Below, one piece after another: positions 9,618 to 18,523 of a stretch of 64,000 nucleotides of DNA. Under the pieces are notes generated by a model that searched no databases, was not told where the DNA came from, and saw nothing but the letters and a program-made list of their open reading frames with translations. The DNA lies in assembly GCA_963711565.1 (NCBI GenBank), contig CAVQEQ010000003.1, forward strand, positions 96,001-160,000, in the 5' to 3' direction. The stretch's first letter is position 1. The number at the start of each line of letters is the position of its first letter. The stretch comes from an uncultured delta proteobacterium. Its GTDB lineage: Bacteria; Desulfobacterota; Binatia; Binatales; Binataceae. Both the position numbers and the translations under genes were made by a program.

Positions 9618-10478
9618 TCAAGCGGCCAGCCTGGTCTTCGCAAGCTCGGCAAACGTGATGAGTTCGATTTCATTTCGAGCGATCGACTCGCGCACGCGCG
9701 GGCTGGTGAGAATCTCAACTTCGAGCTGCGCCTCAGCTGCGGGCGGAGTTCCGCCGATGTCGGCGGCGGGATGGAAATACAGTTCGGTCGTGCCGTCACG
9801 GACTCGATCAAGCACGCCGACTATGTAGTCTTCGCTCAGATGCCCGCTCTGATGAAGTCCGAACAGCGCGTCCGTCGAGGCGAGGCCTCGATTCGCCATC
9901 ATGCGGCTGGTGCGGCGCGAGAGCGTGCGAAAAATTATCGACTCGACGAGCTTGCGCGGCGCATGGTCGCGGCGCAGGCGGAGCGTCGTCAGCACGCGCT
10001 CGCGCGGGAGCCGGATGCACGGCACTTTGTATTCGACGGCGAGGTCAACCAGAATATCGGCGAACAAGGGATGGACGTGGAAATTCAAGTGACCGTCGAT
10101 ATGGTTGAGGTAGCCGACGAGCTCGAGGTGGCGCTCGACTTGCGCACGCAGCTCGTCGGTCATCGCGGCGCGCATCGAGCGGTCGAAGAAATAGCGCATA
10201 CCCGCACCGACGGGACTGTCGATGAACTCGCCCGACGCGCTCACCGCGGCACCGAGACGCGAGGCGTCGAGGAGGCTGCGGCCGCGGCAGACGACCGCAT
10301 GCAAGCCCACGTCGAGCGCGGGATTGTCGCGCGCCATGTCGGCGGCGGCACGCGCGGCTGGCTCCGCCACCATCAGGCTCGCACTGCGCAGAATTCCGTC
10401 GCGATGCGCGCGGATGATACCGGCGTTGACCTCGGGCGACAAGCCGAAGTCGTCGGCGTTGACGATCAGGCGCTTCAA
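9618..10478 (-). CDS. hpnK: ChbG/HpnK family deacetylase
   Basis: LIVNADDFG, VGLH, HIDGHLNFHVHP, TELYFHP; adjacent to hopanoid genes; TTG start inferred. Confidence 0.8.
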   Translation of the reverse strand: MKRLIVNADDFGLSPEVNAGIIRAHRDGILRSASLMVAEPAARAAADMARDNPALDVGLHAVVCRGRSLLDASRLGAAVSASGEFIDSPVGAGMRYFFDRSMRAAMTDELRAQVERHLELVGYLNHIDGHLNFHVHPLFADILVDLAVEYKVPCIRLPRERVLTTLRLRRDHAPRKLVESIIFRTLSRRTSRMMANRGLASTDALFGLHQSGHLSEDYIVGVLDRVRDGTTELYFHPAADIGGTPPAAEAQLEVEILTSPRVRESIARNEIELITFAELAKTRLAA

Positions 10479-10553
10479 GCAGCGCCACCGCGACCAGTCC
10501 AAGTCAAATGCACCGCTCGATTTTGCTAGTATCTGACGGCTCGCTCAAGCGTC

Positions 10554-11387
10554 TTGGCGGAGTGCCAGAATGAGATCGCGAAATTGATTCTTGTCTTTTA
10601 CGCGTTCGCGCGGGAGATCGCGCCATTCAAGCGTCGCCTTCGCAATCGTGCTCCGCTCGCTCTCGACGACTTGCATGGCTTCCGCGCGGAGATCGGCGGC
10701 AAAGATTTTGCGGTCATCGGGCACGGAATCGGTCATCGACGCGCAACCGAAGCCGCGCGCCGTGCGTTCGATCGAATGCCCGGAGCAGAATTGGTAATCG
10801 GCACCGGCGTCGTTGGCGCGCTGTCGAGCGGACTAAAGCCCGGCGATCTCGTCCTCTCCGATCGTGTCTTGACGATTCATACGGACAGCACGCTGGCGGA
10901 AGAAGGGACAGCCGTCAGCGACGTGCACCTGCGCGCCGTCGGCCGATCGCTCACGAGCGCGAGGATTGCGTACTCAACCGGTGCGATCCTGACCTCGCAT
11001 CGCGTGCTCGCCACCGGCGCCGAGAAACGACGCGCCAAGGAAAGCACCGGCGCGATCGCGGTCGATATGGAAACTGCCGCGGTGGCCGCGGAAGCCGCTG
11101 CGCGCGGACTTCCGTTCGTCGCGATTCGCGCCGTGCTCGACGAAGTTGACGACGAAGTGGTGGCCGCCGCGATGGCTGACGAAGACGGCAACGTGCGGCC
11201 GCTCGCCGCGACGTCGTACCTGATTCGCAACCCGGCGACGATGCTGAAGCTGCCGCGGATGATGCGAAACCTTTCGCGCGCAACAGCTTCGATCGCCGAC
11301 GCACTCACGGCCATCGCGCACGAGGGCAAGCTTCCTGCAGCCGCTAAGCGTGCTCGCGCGCCGGTGGAGCGAAAGCCCCCGCGCTGA
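10554..11387 (+). CDS. hpnG: nucleosidase/phosphorylase family, HpnG-like (adenosylhopane nucleosidase)
   Basis: GHGIG, GVVGALS, AIAVDMETAAVA, AIRAVLD; hopanoid context. Confidence 0.75.
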   Translation: MAECQNEIAKLILVFYAFAREIAPFKRRLRNRAPLALDDLHGFRAEIGGKDFAVIGHGIGHRRATEAARRAFDRMPGAELVIGTGVVGALSSGLKPGDLVLSDRVLTIHTDSTLAEEGTAVSDVHLRAVGRSLTSARIAYSTGAILTSHRVLATGAEKRRAKESTGAIAVDMETAAVAAEAAARGLPFVAIRAVLDEVDDEVVAAAMADEDGNVRPLAATSYLIRNPATMLKLPRMMRNLSRATASIADALTAIAHEGKLPAAAKRARAPVERKPPR

Positions 11388-12138
11388 ACCCGCCGTCAAT
11401 CGGCACCGCGATGCCCGTGATGAACCCCGCCTCGTCCGACGCAAGGAACGCCGCGAGCGCGCCGACCTCTTCCGGCTTGCCGTTGCGCCCGAGCGGATGC
11501 ATGTTGCCGGTGCGTTCCCACACCAACTGCGACGCGCCGGCGGGAACGGTATTGCAATTTTCCGCGATTGGCGTCTCGATGACGCCGGGGCAAATCGACA
11601 CGCATCGAATCTTATGGCGCGCGAAGTCGAGCGCGATTCCCTTCGACATGATCACGACGCCGCCCTTCGCTGCCTGGTAGGCGCCGAGATTCGGCACGCC
11701 CTCGATTCCTGCGCCGCTGGCGGTGTTGATGATCACGCCGCCGCCCTGCTTGATCATTTGCGGGATCGCATACTTGCAGCCGAAGAACACGCCCTTCAGG
11801 CACACGTCCACGACCCAATCCCATTCTTCCTCGCTCGTGTCGACCACGGTCTTGGGCACGAAAACGCCCGCGTTGTTGAACAGGATGTCGAGCCGGCCGA
11901 ACGCGCGGATAGTTTCGTTGACCATGCGCTCGACCTCGGCGCCGACGCGCACATCCACCGACACTGAGTTCGCGACGCCGCCGGCCTTCTCGATCTCGGC
12001 CGCCGTATTGCTCGCCGTCTCCGCGCGCACGTCGGCCACCATCACCTTCGCGCCTTCATGCGCGAACCGAATCGCGCTGGCGCGCCCGATTCCCGAACCC
12101 GCACCCGTGATTAACGCAACTTTGTCCTTGAGCAGCAT
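11344..12138 (-). CDS. short-chain dehydrogenase/reductase
   Basis: TGAGSGIG, NNAG, YQAAK. Confidence 0.9.
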   Translation of the reverse strand: MLLKDKVALITGAGSGIGRASAIRFAHEGAKVMVADVRAETASNTAAEIEKAGGVANSVSVDVRVGAEVERMVNETIRAFGRLDILFNNAGVFVPKTVVDTSEEEWDWVVDVCLKGVFFGCKYAIPQMIKQGGGVIINTASGAGIEGVPNLGAYQAAKGGVVIMSKGIALDFARHKIRCVSICPGVIETPIAENCNTVPAGASQLVWERTGNMHPLGRNGKPEEVGALAAFLASDEAGFITGIAVPIDGGFSAGAFAPPAREHA

Positions 12139-12214
12139 TTCAGGTCACCTCGACTTTAGTCTTGGCCGGATGACCGACGCTTGCCACACTCGGCGGAGAT
12201 TTGAAAGCGCGCCG

Positions 12215-13114
12215 TTAGGCGGTGACGCTGCGCACCTTGTGTGTGCGCGCGCTCGTTGGCTTCCAGACAGGAAGATCTCGCTCGTAGGGAAAGTCCGCGA
12301 GATGCCGTTCGATCGCCGCGTCGTCGCCCCACGACTCGTGCCGCGTCAGGATATGAATCGCCAGTACCGTGAAGGGCAGGTAAATGAATATCCCGGCCCA
12401 TCCCACATTCGGCGCGTTGATTCGGAACAGCATCGTGATTCCGAAAATCACGATCCCGAAATAGAGCGCCGGACCAAGCAGCGCGCGCGAGCGCATCGCA
12501 GGAACAGAACCGGCGGGCTTCGCAGAACCGCGATTGAGCGACGCGTCGAGCCAATGGAAAATCGCAATCGTGATCGCCGCGACGAGATACCAACCGAGAT
12601 AGTTGGTGATCGGCACGCCGAAGTGCGGACCCGGCGGGTCGTACCAGAAAATCTTGCCGAGGAACCATCTGTCGCCGAGCACGCTCAGCGGATCGACGAC
12701 CATGTCCACCATCACCATGAACAGCGCCGCCATCAGCCATACCCGCGGCGCTCGGCGAATTTGCCACGTGTCGAGAATTCGGAAGTCAAAACCGCGCCGA
12801 TACAGCGGCGAGCTGAGCAGCAGCGCGACCGTGTAGCTGGCGAACGCGAGGAAGGTGAATGAGAGCGAATCCATGAACGGAACGCCGAAGACCCAGATCT
12901 CTCGGGCGCGGGTCGCTTCAATATAGTGATACAGGCCGAACGGGAACCCGTTGTGGATCGACGACCACTCGGACGCGAGCGAGACGGCGTAGGTGAGCAC
13001 GGTGAATAACAGCGTCGTGCGCAGGCCGAAGTTCACAACCGCGATAAACAGAAAACTCGCCAGGAAGATGAACACATACGGGCGCAGCGCGATCGTGGAC
13101 AACAGCAGATGCAT
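12215..13114 (-). CDS. CruF-like (carotenoid biosynthesis protein/DUF422) membrane protein
   Basis: E..SIHNGFPFGLYHY, FGVP, DMVVDP, W..PGPHFGVPITNYLGW. Confidence 0.8.
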   Translation of the reverse strand: MHLLLSTIALRPYVFIFLASFLFIAVVNFGLRTTLLFTVLTYAVSLASEWSSIHNGFPFGLYHYIEATRAREIWVFGVPFMDSLSFTFLAFASYTVALLLSSPLYRRGFDFRILDTWQIRRAPRVWLMAALFMVMVDMVVDPLSVLGDRWFLGKIFWYDPPGPHFGVPITNYLGWYLVAAITIAIFHWLDASLNRGSAKPAGSVPAMRSRALLGPALYFGIVIFGITMLFRINAPNVGWAGIFIYLPFTVLAIHILTRHESWGDDAAIERHLADFPYERDLPVWKPTSARTHKVRSVTA

Positions 13115-13122
13115 CGCCTTGC

Positions 13123-14139
13123 CTACGCGGCGCTCTTCGCCGGCCCTCTGGATCTGAAAAATTCGATAGCTGTCGCGATCGCGGCGTCGATCGGTCCGGG
13201 CGAATAGCCCAACTCCGCGCGCGCCTTCGACGAGTCGAAGAACATTCTCTTTCGCGCCATCCGCACTTCGGTCAGGCTGGCGCGTGGCGCGCGGCGCGTG
13301 ACGGTGCGCGCAAACGCTTCGGCGCCGAGCGCGTAGCCGAACGCTACCGCGTATGGAATTCGCACCTTCGGCCCAGGCATTCCTGAGATCGCCGCGAGCC
13401 GTCCCAGAAATTCCTTGAGCGTGAGATTCTCACCGCCCAAAATATATTTCTCGCCGATTCGTCCGCGCTCCGCCGCAAGCAGATGGCCGCGCGCGACATC
13501 TTCGACATCAACGATATTGAGCCCGGTCTCAACGTACGCCGGCATCCGCCGATTCAGGAAGTCCACGATGATTCTGCCGGTTGGCGTCGGCTTGAAGTCC
13601 AGCGCGCCAATCGGCGTCGAGGGATTCACAATCACCACCGGCGCGCCTGCCCGTGCGGCCTCGAGCGCCGCTTGCTCAGCCATGTACTTCGATCGTTTGT
13701 AATGACCCGGCATCGCGGCGAGCGACGACGGCGTGTCTTCGCGCCCCACTCCGCCATGCGGAATCCCGAGCGCCCCCACCGTGCTGGTATAGACGATTCG
13801 CGAAACTCCCGCATCGGTTGCGGCCCGGATAACATGCTGCGTGCCGGTGACGTTGGTCGCATACATCGGCGCCGGATCGGTCAGCCACAGCCGGTAGTCG
13901 GCGGCGACGTGATAGACCTCGTTGCATCCGTTCACCGCGCGCGCGACCGAATCGAAGTGCCGGAGATCGCCGCACACGATCTCGATCGGCAAACCGACCA
14001 GCGCACTCAGATCCGCGTTCTCGCGCGCCAGCACTCGCACGCGGTCGCCGCGGGCAAGCAGCGCGCGCACAACGTGACATCCAACGAATCCGTTGCCGCC
14101 CGTTACCAGCGCTAACCTGGTAGTCATTCGATTAGTCAA
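13123..14139 (-). CDS. hpnA: hopanoid-associated NAD-dependent epimerase
   Basis: TGGNGFVG, HVAADYRLW, YKRSK, KPTPTGRII. Confidence 0.9.
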   Translation of the reverse strand: MTNRMTTRLALVTGGNGFVGCHVVRALLARGDRVRVLARENADLSALVGLPIEIVCGDLRHFDSVARAVNGCNEVYHVAADYRLWLTDPAPMYATNVTGTQHVIRAATDAGVSRIVYTSTVGALGIPHGGVGREDTPSSLAAMPGHYKRSKYMAEQAALEAARAGAPVVIVNPSTPIGALDFKPTPTGRIIVDFLNRRMPAYVETGLNIVDVEDVARGHLLAAERGRIGEKYILGGENLTLKEFLGRLAAISGMPGPKVRIPYAVAFGYALGAEAFARTVTRRAPRASLTEVRMARKRMFFDSSKARAELGYSPGPIDAAIATAIEFFRSRGPAKSAA

Positions 14140-14142
14140 TAG

Positions 14143-15507
14143 CTATTCGGCGGGCCGCGCGAGAACGGCGGTTGCCGCGGCCCGTCCGGAAATCACAGCG
14201 CTCTCAATCGTCGCCGGCAGTTCCGTTTGTATCCAGTCGCCGGCCAGAAAGAAGTTCGCGATCGGCGTCTTCGCCGTCGGGCGCAATTCATGCGATCGAA
14301 GGTCCGGCGCCATCGTCGCGTTCTTCTCCTTGAGCACCAGCGACTTCACGACTCTGGCTTCGCGCGACGCTGGAATCATGGCGTGGAGATCGTTGATCAC
14401 GATATCAAGAATTTCCTGGTTGCTCCGATCGACCAGCTTACGCGCGCCGCTGATCACGAAACTAAGGTAACCCGGATGCGCCTCGCCGCGCTGCTCGAAT
14501 ATCCGGCGTTTGTTGAATAGCCATTGAGTAGTGGTGCCGATAAAGCCGATGAACGGCGAATTAGTCACTTCGCGATCGAGCCACACGTGGACGCAGATGA
14601 TCGGCGAGCTCGAAAGACCCGTGAAGCGAGAAAAAAATGGATCGGCGACCGCGTTTTCCGGCAGGAGTCGCAACAACTGCGGCGCCGGGACCGCGCTGAT
14701 GAAATCCGATGCCTCGACTCGACGCCCGTCGCGCAGCCGCACGCTTGCGACACGCCCTCCGGCGCCAAGTTCCAGCATCTCGACGATCGAATGCGAAGCA
14801 ACCGTCCCACCCGCCCGCTCAATCAAACGCTTCGCGCCTATGCAGTACAGGTCGCTCAGGCCGACGCGCGAATAGACGAATGCCGAGTCGCCGCGTCGCG
14901 AAAAAAATCCGCGCTTTAGAACTTCGGCCAACAACTGCGCCGATGACGATTCCGGCTCGTCGTTCAGCGTCGCGATCGACATTGGGTACCAAAAGCATCG
15001 GCGCGCATGTTCCGATTGCCCGAGACGATCCATCAACTGCGCGACGGTGAGATGGCGCAGTTCGCTTTTGCTGGAGCGTCTCATCGCGAGCATGCGAAGT
15101 CCGCCGCGCATGACGCTCATTCGCTCCGTGATAGTGAGATGCCGGTAGCCGAGCAGCGCGGCCGTCATGTGCAGAGGGCCCGGCAGGCGCGCGGTTTTCA
15201 GCACTGCACTTTGGCCGGCACCTGCGAGCATTTCGATCTCCAGATCCTCGTGAAACACCAGCTGATCGTAGGCGCCGATTCGCCGCAGAAAATCGAGCGT
15301 TTCAGTGTAACAACCCATCAGGACGTGCTGCCCATTGTCGACGAAATCGCCGGTGTCAGGATCGGCGAACGAATACGCACGCCCGCCAAGCGCGGGTTTC
15401 CCCTCGAGCACGGTGACCCGCACGCCTCTCTCTGCGAGCGCAACCGCCGCGCTCAGTCCCGCAAAGCCGGCGCCGATAACGACCGCATTTTTGGTCACGA
15501 CTGCCAT
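14143..15507 (-). CDS. hpnE: hydroxysqualene dehydroxylase
   Basis: IGAGFAGLSAA, GGRAYSF, DNGQHVLMGCY, LAGDWIQTELPATIESAV. Confidence 0.9.
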   Translation of the reverse strand: MAVVTKNAVVIGAGFAGLSAAVALAERGVRVTVLEGKPALGGRAYSFADPDTGDFVDNGQHVLMGCYTETLDFLRRIGAYDQLVFHEDLEIEMLAGAGQSAVLKTARLPGPLHMTAALLGYRHLTITERMSVMRGGLRMLAMRRSSKSELRHLTVAQLMDRLGQSEHARRCFWYPMSIATLNDEPESSSAQLLAEVLKRGFFSRRGDSAFVYSRVGLSDLYCIGAKRLIERAGGTVASHSIVEMLELGAGGRVASVRLRDGRRVEASDFISAVPAPQLLRLLPENAVADPFFSRFTGLSSSPIICVHVWLDREVTNSPFIGFIGTTTQWLFNKRRIFEQRGEAHPGYLSFVISGARKLVDRSNQEILDIVINDLHAMIPASREARVVKSLVLKEKNATMAPDLRSHELRPTAKTPIANFFLAGDWIQTELPATIESAVISGRAAATAVLARPAE

Positions 15508-16416
15508 TTATCCGCGGAGCGCGCTGAAGCGGCCCTCTGCCCACGCGCGGCCGACCAGGTAGAGCTTGTGCGGCGCGGACAGGCTGTGGCGGCGGTCGAG
15601 CACGCGATAGTTCGACTTGATGATTCGTTCGAGCAGCGCGGCGTAAATGAGGCGCATCGCTTCCGCGGTCAGCAGCGTCGCGCGATCTTCTGCCGCGAGT
15701 TCGCTCTGCGCCAGCGCGTAAAGTTCCCGCGCGCGCCGGGCCTCGAAGTCCATCAGGCCGACGAAGTTCGGCGTGTACACGCCGCCGAGAATTTCTTCCT
15801 CGCTCACGTTGAAGCGCGCGAGGTCTTCCAGAGGCAGATAAATCCGGCCGCGCTCGGCGTCCTCGCGCACGTCGCGCAGAATATTCGTCAGCTGAAGCGC
15901 CAGCCCGAGGTTTTCGGCGTAGAGCTTCGCCGACGGATTGCGGTAGCCGAAAATCTCGATGCAGATTAGGCCCAGCGCCGACGCGACGCGGTAACAGTAC
16001 GGCCGCAGTTCTTCCCAGCTCTGATAGCGCTTGCGCGAGAGGTCCATCTCCACACCGTTGATGATTTCCTCGAACAGCTCGCGCGGAATATGAAATCGCT
16101 TCGCGCTGTCGGCGAGGGCGCGGGAGAGCGCGCGTGTCGGCGCGCCCGCATACACGCGATCGAGTTCCTCGCGCCATCGCTTGAGCAACAGCGCCGGCTC
16201 GCGAATCGATTCGTCGTCGGCAATATCGTCGATGAAGCGGCAGAACGCATATACCGCGTGCAGCGCACGGCGCCGCTCGGGCGGCAGCAAAATGAACGCG
16301 TAGTAAAAGCTCGAACGCGATCGCCGCGTGACTTGCGCGCAGCGTTCGTAGTCAGCGTCGAGCGACGAGGCGTCGCTTCCGGCGAGTTCTTCAGAGGCCG
16401 GCGGCGTTGCTGTCAG
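15508..16416 (-). CDS. hpnD: presqualene diphosphate synthase (extended to inferred CTG start)
   Basis: SSFYYAF.LLP N-terminus lies upstream of the track start; DDIAD, QLTNILRDVRED, GRIYLP. Confidence 0.9.
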   Translation of the reverse strand: MTATPPASEELAGSDASSLDADYERCAQVTRRSRSSFYYAFILLPPERRRALHAVYAFCRFIDDIADDESIREPALLLKRWREELDRVYAGAPTRALSRALADSAKRFHIPRELFEEIINGVEMDLSRKRYQSWEELRPYCYRVASALGLICIEIFGYRNPSAKLYAENLGLALQLTNILRDVREDAERGRIYLPLEDLARFNVSEEEILGGVYTPNFVGLMDFEARRARELYALAQSELAAEDRATLLTAEAMRLIYAALLERIIKSNYRVLDRRHSLSAPHKLYLVGRAWAEGRFSALRG

Positions 16417-17339
16417 ACTTCAAGACGGCCACGGATCGCGCTCCATCCCAGTTTCAGGTAGTCGAGTTTCGTTAGTTCCGGACGCATCCGGAAAACGTCG
16501 TAGTTGACGCGATCGATCGCGCGCAGTATCGCCAGCCCGCCGCCCGCGAACATCACGATGTCGCGACGCAGTCGCTTGTCCACGCGCTTGTGCAGTTCTC
16601 CACCCTCGACGAGCATCGCGCGCGCGACCTCGACTTCGCGACGCATCAAGTCGATGAACTCGCGTCCGGACGTATGCGCCGTCAGGTCCGCAGGCGTCAC
16701 GCCGAATCGTTCCATGTCGCGGCGCGGAAAATAAATTCGTCCTTTGTCGAGATCGACGGCGACGTCCTGCCAGAAATTCGCGAGCTGCAATCCGCTGCAA
16801 ACGAGATCCGACAGACGCTGCCGCTCGGCGTCGCGATAGCCGAACAGGTAGAGCACGAGCCGGCCGACCGGATTCGCGGAGTAGCGTGAGTAACCGAGCA
16901 GGTCGTCGAGCGTGTCGAAGCCCTTGAAGTTCACATCGGAGCGAAACGCGGTCAGCAGATCCTTGAACGGCTCGCTCGGAATGTCGAAGCGGCGCACAGT
17001 ATCGGCGAGCGCAATGAACACCGGATGGCGCGGCGCGCCGGCATACGCCAAATCGAGCTCGCGCTCCCAATCGTCGAGCATCGCGAGGTCGTGATGCTCA
17101 TCGGCGAAGTCGTCAGCCATCCGCGCGTAGGCGTAAATCGCGTACATGTGCGGACGCATCTCGCGCGGCATCAGCCACGACGCCACGGTGAAATTTTCGT
17201 AGTGCGACTTCGCCAGCCGCGCGCAGAATTCGTACGCGCTCGCGACGTCGAACGTTCCCGCCGGCATCGACGCGTCCGGCGCCGCACTCGATGCGTACGA
17301 CATTACGCCGCCATCCACGTTGCCTCGCGCGGTTGCCAT
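16413..17339 (-). CDS. hpnC: hydroxysqualene synthase
   Basis: HYENFTVAS, ADDFADE, YSANPVGRLVL, QLANFWQD. Confidence 0.9.
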   Translation of the reverse strand: MATARGNVDGGVMSYASSAAPDASMPAGTFDVASAYEFCARLAKSHYENFTVASWLMPREMRPHMYAIYAYARMADDFADEHHDLAMLDDWERELDLAYAGAPRHPVFIALADTVRRFDIPSEPFKDLLTAFRSDVNFKGFDTLDDLLGYSRYSANPVGRLVLYLFGYRDAERQRLSDLVCSGLQLANFWQDVAVDLDKGRIYFPRRDMERFGVTPADLTAHTSGREFIDLMRREVEVARAMLVEGGELHKRVDKRLRRDIVMFAGGGLAILRAIDRVNYDVFRMRPELTKLDYLKLGWSAIRGRLEV

Positions 17340-17343
17340 AGTC

Positions 17344-18513
17344 TCAGGCTGCCACCGGCCGCGCGGCGATAAGTTCGCGCGCCGCGGACCGCGCCCATCC
17401 GTCGGTTTCGAGGAGATCCTCGATCGTTTGCGCCGCTGAGTTGTGATGCCGATTCATCACCGTCTCGATATGGCGCGGGATGTCCATGAAGCGGACGCGT
17501 CCCGCCAAGAAGCCCGCGACCAGTTCTTCGTTGGCGGCGTTGAGGCATGCGGTCATTGTGTTGCCGGCCGCGAGCGCATCGTACGCCAGCCGCAGACACG
17601 GGAAGCGCCGCAGGTCGGGTTCTTCAAACGTCAGTCGCGAATTTTCCGCCAGCGACAGCGGTTTCAGATGCGTCATCGGCAGCCGCTCCGGATACGCGAG
17701 CGCGTACGCGACCGGAATCGCCATGTCGGGAATCGCCATCTCGGCGATCACCGAGCCGTCGATCATCTCGACCATCGAATGAATCACGCTCTGCGGATGA
17801 ATCACGACCGAGACTTCGCTCGCTTTCAGATCGAACAGCCAGCGCGCCTCGATCACCTCAAGCCCCTTGTTCATCAGCGTCGCGGAGTCGATCGTAATCT
17901 TGCTGCCCATCACCCAGGTCGGATGCTTCAGCGCCTGTTCAATAGTGATCGACTCGAAACGATCCGCCGGCAACTCGCGAAACGGGCCGCCTGACGCGGT
18001 CAAAATTATCCGCTTCAACGACTCGCGCCCGCGACCTTGCAGGCATTGAAAAACCGCGTTGTGCTCGCTGTCAACGGGCAATAACTGCACGCGATTCTCG
18101 CGCACCGCCGCCGTGATCAGCTCGCCCGCGATGACCAGCACTTCCTTGTTGGCGAACGCGATGTCCTTGCCGGACTTGATCGCGGCGAGCGTCGGCTGCA
18201 ATCCCATCGCGCCGACCAGCGCCGACATCACGAGCTTCGCCTCAGGATGCGTCGCGACCGCGATCGCGCCTTCGAGCCCGTGCATGATCGTCACGCGATG
18301 CGCGCCAAGGCGCGTCGCCAGTTCGCGCGCGAGTTCAGGCGTGGCCACCGAAACCAATTCGGGGCGAAATAGCTTTACTTGCTCAATCAGCAGATCCAGG
18401 TTGCGTCCCGCCGCCATCGCGACGACGCGAAACCGGTCGCGGAAGCGGCCGACTACGTCGAGCGTCGTGACGCCGACCGAGCCGGTCGAGCCGAGAATTG
18501 AAATCGCCTTCAT
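17344..18513 (-). CDS. dxr: 1-deoxy-D-xylulose-5-phosphate reductoisomerase
   Basis: GSTGSVG, ANKE, PVDSEH, TASGGPF, KITIDSATLMNKGLEVIEA. Confidence 0.95.
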   Translation of the reverse strand: MKAISILGSTGSVGVTTLDVVGRFRDRFRVVAMAAGRNLDLLIEQVKLFRPELVSVATPELARELATRLGAHRVTIMHGLEGAIAVATHPEAKLVMSALVGAMGLQPTLAAIKSGKDIAFANKEVLVIAGELITAAVRENRVQLLPVDSEHNAVFQCLQGRGRESLKRIILTASGGPFRELPADRFESITIEQALKHPTWVMGSKITIDSATLMNKGLEVIEARWLFDLKASEVSVVIHPQSVIHSMVEMIDGSVIAEMAIPDMAIPVAYALAYPERLPMTHLKPLSLAENSRLTFEEPDLRRFPCLRLAYDALAAGNTMTACLNAANEELVAGFLAGRVRFMDIPRHIETVMNRHHNSAAQTIEDLLETDGWARSAARELIAARPVAA

Positions 18514-18523
18514 CGTAACTCGT

